The notes under the pieces were generated by a model. It searched no databases and had not been told where the DNA came from. It saw only the letters and a program-made list of their open reading frames with translations. Positions 1-5,642 of a stretch of 7,441 nucleotides of DNA are shown here, one piece after another; positions within the stretch are counted from its first letter, which is position 1, and each line of letters begins with the position of its first letter. The DNA lies in the IMG/VR virus record IMGVR_UViG_2713896784_000023; one strand, written 5' to 3'. The stretch comes from a virus. Its lineage: Duplodnaviria > Heunggongvirae > Uroviricota > Caudoviricetes. A program made the translations under genes and the position numbers.

Positions 1-130
1 CAGCCTGCTTAGCCCTGGCTTCATTGGCCCATTTCAGATCCTGCGCTGCATTAATTTTCTGGCGCATCCACTCATAAAGTTCATCATCGGTATAGTCTGG
101 TGCGATGATGACGGGTTCTCGTTTCTGCAT
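1..130 (-). CDS. Hypothetical early-left protein, 5' part only (begins MQKREPVIIAPDYTDDELYEWMRQKINAAQDLKWANEARAKQA, runs off the window edge)
   Basis: ATG at 130-128 on the minus strand preceded by GAGGAA Shine-Dalgarno; open to position 1; third gene of a leftward operon. Absent from the ORF track only because it is truncated. No family recognised. Confidence 0.4.
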   Translation of the reverse strand, partial: MQKREPVIIAPDYTDDELYEWMRQKINAAQDLKWANEARAKQA

Positions 131-159
131 ACTGATTCCTCGCGGTGCTGTTTCGCTTA

Positions 160-288
160 TCAGCCGTTAGATTTTGCCGAGCTGGAAAGCGCCTGTTTAA
201 ATTCGTTGAAGCTGAGAGCTTCTTCGCCGTCGGCAAGACCTTCGAAGTATTCTTCATAAGCCTTTTCCATGATTGTGTCGAAATCCAT
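160..288 (-). CDS. Small acidic hypothetical protein, 42 aa (MDFDTIMEKAYEEYFEGLADGEEALSFNEFKQALSSSAKSNG)
   Basis: ATG at 288-286 lies 1 nt after the stop of the upstream gene (TGAtATG) with GGTGA as Shine-Dalgarno; below the size cutoff of the ORF track; same strand as its neighbours. Function unknown. Confidence 0.4.
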   Translation of the reverse strand: MDFDTIMEKAYEEYFEGLADGEEALSFNEFKQALSSSAKSNG

Positions 289-289
289 A

Positions 290-481
290 TCACTCACCTG
301 AGTTTCTTTCCAGCCAGCNNNNNNNNNNNNNNNNNNNNNNNNNNNNNNNNNNNNNNNNNNNNNNNNNNTCGGTTTTAAACGTTTTGCTTTTGGTATACGT
401 CATCGCGGTGAACGTGCCGTCCTGGTTGGGGAACACGCCACATACCAGAGATTCGCTGTTGCCAAGATCGATAGTATCCAT
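290..481 (-). CDS. Hypothetical small protein, about 63 aa (MDTIDLGNSESLVCGVFPNQDGTFTAMTYTKSKTFKT...WLERNSGE), interrupted by the N-run 319-368
   Basis: ATG at 481-479 with GAGG 5 nt upstream; first gene downstream of the pL-like promoter. The track's longer version (290-586) starts at a TTG inside the promoter region and is less plausible. About 17 residues are masked. Confidence 0.4.
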   Translation of the reverse strand: MDTIDLGNSESLVCGVFPNQDGTFTAMTYTKSKTFKTXXXXXXXXXXXXXXXXXXWLERNSGE

Positions 482-554
482 GCTGACCTCATTTCCCCTT
501 AACGCCGGGTAGCGGAACTGTTTGCTGAGAACACCGTGCGGTGTCTTGATGGGT

Positions 555-612
555 GGTAATTTAGTTTTCTCATGAATGTTGGTCAAGTATTTTTAATGAG
601 AAAGCTCAATAT
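555..612 (-). promoter_or_regulatory. pL-like leftward early promoter with two flanking operator-like sites
   Basis: On the minus strand: -35 TTGACC (586-581), 17-bp spacer, -10 TAAATT (563-558). Flanked by AATGAGAAAGCTCAAT (595-610) and, in inverse orientation, ATGAGAAAACTAAATT (573-558), both resembling the palindrome TTGAGAAAACTCAA at 1129-1142. The arms TTCTCAT (567-573) and ATGAGAA (596-602) are an inverted repeat bracketing the -35. Confidence 0.35.
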
Positions 613-670
613 TTAATGCAAAATAAAGCCAATACATTGAAATGTAAGGCTTTAAAATTTGTGAAGGGGG

Positions 671-1078
671 TTACTGATGTTTGTTACGTTTGCGAGCTTC
701 TAGTAGCTCGGTGAATAGGCGATTAAAATTCTCAACGCGGGCACGGAGTTCGCTGATTTGTGCTTGCTGCTCTGATTTTGGAAGTGCGCGATACAATCGC
801 AACATCTCCAACTCATCTTCCGATAAGTCTAAGGCGCTGTTGAGTGCAACTGGTGGATCTGGTGTTTTATCCTCGTCACCAAACAGTATCCAAGTTGGTG
901 AACATTGCAATACCTCAGCCAGGCGATGCAAATTTTGCCCGCGCGGGGCTGTATGGTCGCTTTCCCATAGTGAAATTGATGAGCCAGATACGCCAGCGGC
1001 TTTGCTTAAATCGTTTTGACTTAAACCAACCTGTTTGCGTCTTTCTCTAATTCGTTGACCTAAAGTTTTCTCGTTCAT
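671..1078 (-). CDS. dicA: HTH XRE-family prophage repressor, DicA-like (CI functional analogue), 135 aa
   Basis: N-terminal Cro/C1-type HTH (QRIRERRKQVGLSQNDLSKAAGVSGSSISLWE) and a C-terminal region containing VLQCSPTWILFGDEDK and ELRARVENFNRLFTELL, which I recall from E. coli DicA; divergent from a Cro-like gene across a 77-bp operator region. Symbol denotes a DicA homolog, not necessarily Qin dicA itself. Confidence 0.85.
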   Translation of the reverse strand: MNEKTLGQRIRERRKQVGLSQNDLSKAAGVSGSSISLWESDHTAPRGQNLHRLAEVLQCSPTWILFGDEDKTPDPPVALNSALDLSEDELEMLRLYRALPKSEQQAQISELRARVENFNRLFTELLEARKRNKHQ

Positions 1079-1086
1079 ATTTAGAT

Positions 1087-1155
1087 ATCTTAATCACCCT
1101 TGACTTGAGATTCCTTGAGTGATTACTATTGAGAAAACTCAACTTTGGAGGGGTG
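1087..1155. promoter_or_regulatory. Divergent immunity-region promoter/operator (pR-like rightward promoter, operator palindromes)
   Basis: -35 TTGACT (1100-1105), 18-bp spacer, -10 TACTAT (1124-1129); palindrome TTGAGAAAACTCAA (1129-1142) overlaps the -10 and start region; 7-bp inverted arms TAATCAC (1091-1097) and GTGATTA (1119-1125); direct repeat CTTGAG at 1104-1109 and 1114-1119; GGAGG Shine-Dalgarno at 1147-1151. A -10-like TAAGAT on the minus strand (1092-1087) about 8 nt from the repressor ATG hints at a near-leaderless pRM-like transcript. Confidence 0.5.
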
Positions 1156-1383
1156 ATGTTTAAATCAGACGTAATTAATTTTTATGGGACGAAAGCCAAA
1201 GTAGCGAAAGCTGCTGGTGTTGATCCATCTGCTGTTTCTCAATGGGGGGAACTGGTTCCTGAAGGTCGCGCGATGCGCCTGCAAGAGGCATCCGGCGGGG
1301 AACTTCAGTACGACCCCAAAGTTTATGACGAATATCGTAAGGCAAAGCGGGCGGGGCGGTTGAACAATGAAAATCACCCCTGA
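1156..1383 (+). CDS. dicC: Cro-like small HTH regulator (DicC/YdaS family), 75 aa
   Basis: ATG at 1156 preceded by GGAGG; the track's TTG start at 1129 is less likely. Motif FYGTKAKVAKAAGVDPSAVSQWGELVPEGRAMRLQEASGG is typical of the YdaS/DicC Cro-like family; divergent from the repressor. Assigned by recollection and position, not by search. Confidence 0.7.
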   Translation: MFKSDVINFYGTKAKVAKAAGVDPSAVSQWGELVPEGRAMRLQEASGGELQYDPKVYDEYRKAKRAGRLNNENHP

Positions 1384-1918
1384 ACAGGTTTGTGAGGCTC
1401 TGGATGCCTGGGTATGTCGACCAGGAATGACACAGGAGCAGGCGACGATATTAATCACGGAAGCATTCTGGGCTCTGAAAGAACGCCCGAACATCGATGT
1501 TCAACGCATCACGTTTAATGATGGCGAGGTTGATCAACGGGCACTGGGCGTTAACCGGGTGAAGATATTCGAACGCTGGAAAGCTATCGACACCAGGGAT
1601 AAGCGGAAAAAATTCACGGCGCTGATTCCGGCAATTATGGAGGCTATCCGAATTAGTGATTTCAGGTTGTATCGTGAGATCAGTGATGGAAAAAGCATTA
1701 CGTACATGATCGCCGGATTAAACAAAGAATATGGCGATGTGGTGGAGTCCGGGCTGCTTTTTGCGGATCCATCTGTTGTGGAACGTGAGACTGACGAGCT
1801 TATAGAAAAAGCTATTGCTTTCAAGCATGCGTATCGTCAGCAGTATCAATATTACTTTGCAGATAAACAAATATCTGTCTGGGGTTCGTATGAGTATCGA
1901 TGCACTACGATGGGCTAA
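1367..1918 (+). CDS. YdaT-family protein (candidate CII functional analogue), 183 aa
   Basis: Sits directly after the Cro-like gene, overlapping it by 17 nt, as in racR-ydaS-ydaT and CP-933P cI-cro-ydaT switches; N-terminus MKITPEQV... and an internal ...KFTALIPAIMEAI... segment resemble YdaT as I recall it. Family call is tentative. Confidence 0.55.
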   Translation: MKITPEQVCEALDAWVCRPGMTQEQATILITEAFWALKERPNIDVQRITFNDGEVDQRALGVNRVKIFERWKAIDTRDKRKKFTALIPAIMEAIRISDFRLYREISDGKSITYMIAGLNKEYGDVVESGLLFADPSVVERETDELIEKAIAFKHAYRQQYQYYFADKQISVWGSYEYRCTTMG

Positions 1919-2930
1919 AAAGGTGAAAACCGGCAGTTCATCCAGTAAGTCAGTATTGACCTGGCTTGCTGATATGTGCGGTGCCGATTTGTGTGCATAC
2001 CCGTCTGTATCTGCACTGGCAGAAGTAACGGAACTGAACAAAAAGACTGTGCAGGACAGCTTACGACACCTGATGGAGATTGGGTTAATTGTTGATACCG
2101 GTGAGAGAAAAGGCAGAACAAAGCAAATTGTGGTGTACCGACTTATCGGTGTAGAAGAAAGTGTTGCCGAGCCTGAATACACCCAAAAACGGGTGTCTTT
2201 AAAGGTGGGTAAAATTGGTGCTGTTAATAAAAACAGTACCGAAAACGGTTATGTTTCAGCACAAAAGAGCCCCAAAAACGGAACTCTTTGTTGCATGGAA
2301 AATAACCAAAGACACCCAAATTTTCCATCAAAGACACCCAAAAACGGATCACGGAACCCAAAGGAACCCAAAGATCTAAACCCCACACATAACGCACGCG
2401 AGAGTGCTCCGATCAGTGAGCAGGAAGTTTTGTCGTTACAGGCAGCCCCCCATGTATTCCTGGATGGCCTGAGCGAACCCATCGGAAAATTTCCGATGAC
2501 CGATAGCTGGTATCCGTCACGGGATTTTCGACGACGGGCTGCGTTGTGGGGGATGGCTTTGCCGGAGACAGAATTTACACCTGCTGAACTTACCGCATTC
2601 CGGGACTACTGGGCAGCGGAGGGGAAAGTGTTTACGCAGATTCAGTGGGAGCAGAAATTCGCCCGTCACGTAAATCACGTCAGGGCGCAGGTTAAACCAG
2701 TCAGCAAGGGGGTAAACCATGCAGCAGCACCAGGTGGCACCGCATCACGGGCAGTTCAGGAAATTCGGGCAGCACGTGAGCAGTGGGAACGTGAAAACGG
2801 ATTTATCAGCGACGGAAACGGCCTGGAAGCTGTGGGAACTCATGGGGGAGGTTTATTCGAACCGCTGGACCCAGAAGAACGGGGCCGCACCTTCGAAGCT
2901 CTGGATTGCACAGATTGGCGCGATGACTGA
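1890..2930 (+). CDS. Replication initiator (lambda O functional analogue): N-terminal HTH replication domain plus C-terminal DnaT-like domain, 346 aa
   Basis: ATG at 1890 (MSIDALRWAKKV...). N-terminal winged-helix replication-protein domain (VLTWLADMCGADLCAYPSVSALAEVTELNKKTVQDSLRHLMEIGLI); low-complexity linker encoded by the iteron region; C-terminal IGKFPMTDSWYPSRDFRRRAALWGMALPETEFTPAELTAFRDYWAAEGKVFTQIQWEQKFARH matches the E. coli primosomal DnaT C-terminal domain as I recall it. The frame stays open to 2930, overlapping the next gene. Confidence 0.8.
   Translation: MSIDALRWAKKVKTGSSSSKSVLTWLADMCGADLCAYPSVSALAEVTELNKKTVQDSLRHLMEIGLIVDTGERKGRTKQIVVYRLIGVEESVAEPEYTQKRVSLKVGKIGAVNKNSTENGYVSAQKSPKNGTLCCMENNQRHPNFPSKTPKNGSRNPKEPKDLNPTHNARESAPISEQEVLSLQAAPHVFLDGLSEPIGKFPMTDSWYPSRDFRRRAALWGMALPETEFTPAELTAFRDYWAAEGKVFTQIQWEQKFARHVNHVRAQVKPVSKGVNHAAAPGGTASRAVQEIRAAREQWERENGFISDGNGLEAVGTHGGGLFEPLDPEERGRTFEALDCTDWRDD
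2181..2390. repeat. Iteron-like direct repeat cluster, candidate replication origin inside the initiator gene
   Basis: ACCCAAAAACGG-type repeats at 2181-2193, 2238-2248 (variant), 2270-2281 and 2336-2347; CAAAGACACCCAAA at 2307-2320 and 2329-2342; tandem GGAACCCAAAG at 2353-2363 and 2363-2373. Several copies are spaced by about 10, 20 or 22 bp. The encoded peptide here is low-complexity linker (PKNGTLCCMENNQRHPNFPSKTPKNGSRNPKEPKDLNP). Confidence 0.5.
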
Positions 2931-3384
2931 GCAGCAAATCCGGCAGGTCTGCCGCCAGTGCATGGACCGCTGCCGGGCGGGTGAAACATGGCCTCCGGAC
3001 CTGGCTGAGTTTGTGGCGCTGATTTCGGAAAGCGGGGCCAATCCATTTGGCCTGACGGTGGATGCTGTGATGGAGGAGTATCGCCGCTGGCGTAATGAGT
3101 CCTGGCGATATAACGGAAGCGACAAATATCCGTGGCCTCAGCCTGTGCTGTATCACATTTGCCTCGAGATGCGTTCAAAGGGGATTGAACGCCAGATGAC
3201 CGAAGGGGAATTAAAACGGCTTGCAGAACGGCAGCTGACGAAATGGGCAAAGCATGTTAGTAACGGCCTGAGCGTTCCGCCAGTACGGCGACAACTGGCG
3301 GCACCAAAACGCCCGTTGGGACCAACGCCAATTGAGTTGCTGAAACAGGAGTATGAACGCCGGAAAGCGGCTGGTTTTGTCTGA
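2719..3384 (+). CDS. Replication protein P-like helicase loader, 221 aa
   Basis: ATG at 2719 with AAGGGGG Shine-Dalgarno at 2706-2712. The protein aligns by eye with lambda P along most of its length (for example [15 protein letters not shown] against PFLPSPGQFVAWCREE, and a YPWP...[16 protein letters not shown] segment against lambda YPWKS...ALTDAELRRKAADEL). An alternative start at ATG 2842 cannot be excluded. Confidence 0.75.
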   Translation: MQQHQVAPHHGQFRKFGQHVSSGNVKTDLSATETAWKLWELMGEVYSNRWTQKNGAAPSKLWIAQIGAMTEQQIRQVCRQCMDRCRAGETWPPDLAEFVALISESGANPFGLTVDAVMEEYRRWRNESWRYNGSDKYPWPQPVLYHICLEMRSKGIERQMTEGELKRLAERQLTKWAKHVSNGLSVPPVRRQLAAPKRPLGPTPIELLKQEYERRKAAGFV

Positions 3385-3418
3385 TTTGAGAAGTAATTTT
3401 TATCCGGAGGAAATTTTA

Positions 3419-4057
3419 ATGGGAACCGTATTGCATGCACTGAAAGCGATGGGTAAAGCCAATTCTGTTGAACTGGCGGCGCGGCTTGATATCAGCCGTG
3501 AAGAAGTTCTCAACGAACTGTGGGAACTCAAAAAAAATGGCGTTGTTGATAAAACGGGTCACACCTGGTTTCTGGCTGTCGAAGGTGAATCCGGGGTAAC
3601 CGAAGGGCAGGCACTACAACCTGAAGCGCCGGATGTGGTAACCGAAGAGGTCNNNNNNNNNNNNNNNNNNNNNNNNNNNNNNNNNNNNNNNNNNNNNNNN
3701 NNTCGTTACTGCATGCCGGGCGATAATTTACCAGCAGAGCCGAAAGCCGCGCTGGTAACGGAAAATGATGGTAAAGCCTTTCCTCAGCCAGCAGGTGTTG
3801 CGTTACCAGTCCGGGAAGCGGAAACACAGGAAGAAATGAAAACAGAAATCGTGGAAGACATTGTGAAGTTACAGCCATCGGTCACCGAAACGAAAGCAGA
3901 TGACCTGATTCTACCATCGCTGCATGTGGCTAACCGAGAGCTGCGCCGGGCGAAAAGTGATGTGCAGAAGTGGGGGCGAGTCTGTGCCGCTCTGCGGGAA
4001 CTGAACAAACACAGGGATATTCTCCGGGATATTACCGCCACCAGAGAGCAGCAGTGA
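3419..4057 (+). CDS. Hypothetical phage protein with N-terminal winged-helix-like domain, about 212 aa, interrupted by the N-run 3653-3702
   Basis: ATG at 3419 preceded by GGAGG at 3407-3411; the track's upstream extension from 3353 is less likely. N-terminal [45 protein letters not shown] looks like a MarR-type winged helix; acidic middle; C-terminal basic helix. Reading frame is continuous across the N-run. Occupies the ren/nin position after P. Confidence 0.6.
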   Translation: MGTVLHALKAMGKANSVELAARLDISREEVLNELWELKKNGVVDKTGHTWFLAVEGESGVTEGQALQPEAPDVVTEEVXXXXXXXXXXXXXXXXXRYCMPGDNLPAEPKAALVTENDGKAFPQPAGVALPVREAETQEEMKTEIVEDIVKLQPSVTETKADDLILPSLHVANRELRRAKSDVQKWGRVCAALRELNKHRDILRDITATREQQ

Positions 4058-4116
4058 GTGGCTGGAAGACGTGGTGCCGGGCTGAAATCCTGATACTCCG
4101 GTAGTGTGCGGGAACG

Positions 4117-4302
4117 ATGACAGTCGAAAGTATCGGCAGTCTGATTGGTCGTAGCGAGGCAGCGGTCAGAGCGAAAGCCCGGGATAAGGGAATAAGCCTG
4201 ATGCTGCGGGGGGATTTTCGCCTGTCAGCCAAATTACCGTATAAAGCGATGGACTGCCTGAAGCGAAACGGACTGATTGGCGCTGAGGATAGTTTACGAT
4301 GA
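4117..4302 (+). CDS. Small hypothetical protein with HTH-like segment, 61 aa
   Basis: ATG at 4117; weak GGGAA Shine-Dalgarno; SIGSLIGRSEAAVRAKARDKGISL resembles a helix-turn-helix; same strand as flanking genes. An antisense ORF (4032-4232) competes, so confidence is low. Confidence 0.4.
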   Translation: MTVESIGSLIGRSEAAVRAKARDKGISLMLRGDFRLSAKLPYKAMDCLKRNGLIGAEDSLR

Positions 4303-4382
4303 CCTGGCCTGAGGCATTCGTAACGGTAGGAGTTGCAATGGCGGTAGCGCTGGTGGTGTATTCGATTTGCCGCTGGGGTTGA
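4299..4382 (+). CDS. 27-aa hydrophobic micro-ORF (MTWPEAFVTVGVAMAVALVVYSICRWG), candidate single-pass membrane peptide
   Basis: ATG at 4299-4301 overlaps the TGA at 4300-4302 of the upstream ORF (ATGA coupling); the core VTVGVAMAVALVVYSI is transmembrane-like; immediately followed by a structured region and an intrinsic terminator. Too short for the ORF track. Confidence 0.3.
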   Translation: MTWPEAFVTVGVAMAVALVVYSICRWG

Positions 4383-4466
4383 CGTAATTACTAATCCGGG
4401 GCTATATTCACCTCACGGTCGAGTTGACCGTCGGGATTGAGACCCCGGATAGAAACCGCGACAGAC

Positions 4467-4489
4467 ACACGCCGCGAGCGTGTTTTTTA
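4467..4489 (+). terminator. Rho-independent terminator (stem ACACGC / GCGTGT, 5-nt loop, T6 tract)
   Basis: ACACGC (4467-4472), loop CGCGA, GCGTGT (4478-4483), then TTTTTTATT; GC-rich perfect 6-bp stem ends the 4117-4382 gene pair. Confidence 0.6.
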
Positions 4490-4583
4490 TTGTCGTATGC
4501 ACGCGCACATCTGAATTATGGTGGGGCGTATAGGGGAGCTGAAAAGCTCGCCGGTTGGTTTCCCGGTAGTCTCAACCCTGTAC

Positions 4584-4649
4584 GTCTCACCACCCGACGA
4601 TTGAGACCTGACGGTGGTGATAGTTTAGAAACCACCCTAGGGTGTCGTT
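4584..4649 (+). promoter_or_regulatory. Structured 5' leader of the ORF6N-type gene with mutually exclusive hairpins
   Basis: Hairpin A: GTCTCA (4584-4589) with TGAGAC (4602-4607). Hairpin B: CACCACC (4588-4594) with GGTGGTG (4613-4619). Hairpin C: GGTGGT (4613-4618) with ACCACC (4631-4636), ending 2 nt before the AGGG Shine-Dalgarno (4639-4642); palindrome CCCTAGGG at 4635-4642. A, B and C share bases and cannot all form at once. Confidence 0.35.
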
Positions 4650-5198
4650 ATGACTACTCAAATCTCTGTTGAAACTCTTGTTGCTATTACTTACAACCAA
4701 ATCCCTGTAATTACCACTGAGTTGTTGGCGCATCTTTATGGTGCAGACGTTAAGAATATTCAAAACAACTTTGCAAGGAATGTAGGGCGCTTTCAGATTG
4801 GAAAACACTTTTTTAAGATCGAAGGTGAAGAGTTACGTGAATTGAAGCACAGACCATCTTTAAGTGGGTCTGTGAAAATCGCCCGTAACGTTCGTTCCCT
4901 CATCCTCTGGACAGAACGCGGAGCAGCCCGTCATGCAAAAATGCTCGAAACCGATCAGGCGTGGGAAGTATTCGAAAAACTCGAAGACAGTTACTTCAAC
5001 CAGTACGAGAAAGAGCGGGCTATGGGAAAAATGAATATCGATTTTCACCTGGCGATCCGTGACGATAAAACCGCCTTCATCCGAAGTTATGCGCCTGGCC
5101 AGCTGGTGACGGTTGAAGAAGCCCTGGCTTTGCTTAAATCGCGCGGATGGCTGGTAATGCCACGAGATGAACTGGCCGGAAAATTAATGGAGCTTTAA
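4650..5198 (+). CDS. ORF6N/Rha-type phage regulatory protein (antirepressor-like KilA-N superfamily), 182 aa
   Basis: N-terminal NQIPVITTELLAHLYGADVKNIQNNFARNVGRFQIGKHFFKIEGEELRELK matches the ORF6N/Rha-type DNA-binding domain pattern; C-terminal part uncharacterised. AGGG Shine-Dalgarno 7 nt before the ATG. Confidence 0.7.
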   Translation: MTTQISVETLVAITYNQIPVITTELLAHLYGADVKNIQNNFARNVGRFQIGKHFFKIEGEELRELKHRPSLSGSVKIARNVRSLILWTERGAARHAKMLETDQAWEVFEKLEDSYFNQYEKERAMGKMNIDFHLAIRDDKTAFIRSYAPGQLVTVEEALALLKSRGWLVMPRDELAGKLMEL

Positions 5199-5215
5199 CC
5201 GATTGAGTTAACCTT

Positions 5216-5235
5216 GATATGGGAATTCCCATATC
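5216..5235. repeat. Perfect 20-bp palindrome GATATGGGAATTCCCATATC
   Basis: Read directly from the sequence; exactly self-complementary; lies 18 bp after the ORF6N stop codon; not followed by a T-tract. Confidence 0.9.
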
Positions 5236-5312
5236 GGGAGAACATTACCATCGGGGATAAAATGATTTGCGGGGAAAGAAGAGTTAAGTAGAATTGCTGC
5301 GGGTGCTTGAGG

Positions 5313-5348
5313 CTGTCTGCCTCGGGCATGCCGCCGTAAGGCAGACAG
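5313..5348 (+). other. Strong hairpin: 10-bp perfect stem CTGTCTGCCT / AGGCAGACAG with 16-nt loop containing palindrome GGCATGCC
   Basis: Read directly from the sequence; no adjacent T-tract on either strand, so not a canonical terminator; part of a roughly 270-bp stretch with no ORF of 60 aa or more on either strand. Confidence 0.5.
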
Positions 5349-5469
5349 AGAAAAGCCCCAGTTAACATTACGCGTCTTGCAGGACGCTTAACATTAATCT
5401 GAGGCCAATTTCATGCTTTGCACATGTAGGTTAGCCTCTTACGTGCCGAAAGGCAAGGAGAAGCAGGCT

Positions 5470-5583
5470 ATGAAGCAGCAAANNNNNNNNNNNNNNNNNN
5501 NNNNNNNNNNNNNNNNNNNNNNNNNNNNNNNNACCGGCCAGACGGAGGTCGCTGTCTTCACAGCTTACGAACCTGAGGAGTAA
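5470..5583 (+). CDS. Candidate small ORF, about 37 aa (MKQQ...TGQTEVAVFTAYEPEE), interrupted by the N-run 5483-5532
   Basis: Consensus AAGGAG Shine-Dalgarno at 5455-5460, 9 nt before ATG 5470; the frame is continuous across the 50-N mask and stops at TAA 5581-5583; a 9-bp GAAA-tetraloop hairpin follows at 5591-5612. An in-frame upstream ATG at 5413 with GAGG would give about 56 aa. Coding status unproven. Confidence 0.3.
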   Translation: MKQQXXXXXXXXXXXXXXXXXTGQTEVAVFTAYEPEE

Positions 5584-5642
5584 GAGACCTGGCGAGGGAG
5601 AAATCCCTCGCCACCTCTGATGTGTCAGGCATCCTCAACGCA

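Noticed and set aside
145-512. Plus-strand ORFs 145-378 and 273-512 from the track
   Set aside because: Antisense to the tightly coupled minus-strand early-left genes, no Shine-Dalgarno, and both run through the N-run; most likely frame shadows.
482-557. N-utilisation (nut) site in the pL-like leader
   Set aside because: A small hairpin (ACACC-GCAC-GGTGT on the minus strand, about 517-529) is present, but no boxA-like CGCTCTTA motif and no arginine-rich N-like protein downstream; insufficient support.
625-653. Terminator for the repressor gene (AAAGCC/GGCTTT hairpin with a short T tract on the minus strand)
   Set aside because: The stem is a 6-bp AT-rich helix with a 17-nt loop inside an AT-rich promoter region; too weak to call.
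681-1050. Plus-strand ORFs 681-1019 and 844-1050
   Set aside because: Lie entirely antisense within the DicA-like repressor gene, whose protein shows a clear HTH domain; serine-rich low-complexity translation typical of a shadow frame.
1165-2182. Minus-strand ORFs 1165-1494, 1534-1824, 1718-2182, 1915-2121
   Set aside because: Antisense to the Cro-like, YdaT-like and initiator genes, which carry recognisable domains and coupled starts; no supporting translation signals.
2249-3440. Minus-strand ORFs 2249-2482, 2517-2720, 2806-3156, 2840-3250, 2853-3125, 3153-3440
   Set aside because: Antisense to the O-like and P-like replication genes; arginine/proline/serine-rich translations typical of GC-rich shadow frames.
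3528-4232. Minus-strand ORFs 3528-3878, 3784-4041, 4032-4232
   Set aside because: Antisense to the winged-helix protein gene and the small HTH-like gene; the plus-strand operon context is more coherent, though 4032-4232 versus 4117-4302 remains unresolved.
4383-4500. DicF-like sRNA, as found in the dicB operon of Qin
   Set aside because: The terminator hairpin here does not match the DicF sequence as I recall it, and no dicB-like gene follows; treated as the operon terminator, possibly with a structured 3' UTR.
4424-4672. Plus-strand ORF 4424-4672 (82 aa, TTG start)
   Set aside because: Starts at TTG without a Shine-Dalgarno, reads through the intrinsic terminator and the structured leader, and overlaps the ORF6N start; interpreted as non-coding regulatory sequence.
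4587-5048. Minus-strand ORFs 4587-4808 and 4860-5048
   Set aside because: Antisense inside the ORF6N-type gene, which has a recognisable N-terminal domain.
5236-5470. Possible tRNA, tmRNA or retron msr/msd in the structured non-coding block
   Set aside because: No GGTTCGA-type T-loop, no cloverleaf, no tag-peptide reading frame, and no reverse transcriptase gene nearby; the hairpins remain unexplained but are not any of these.
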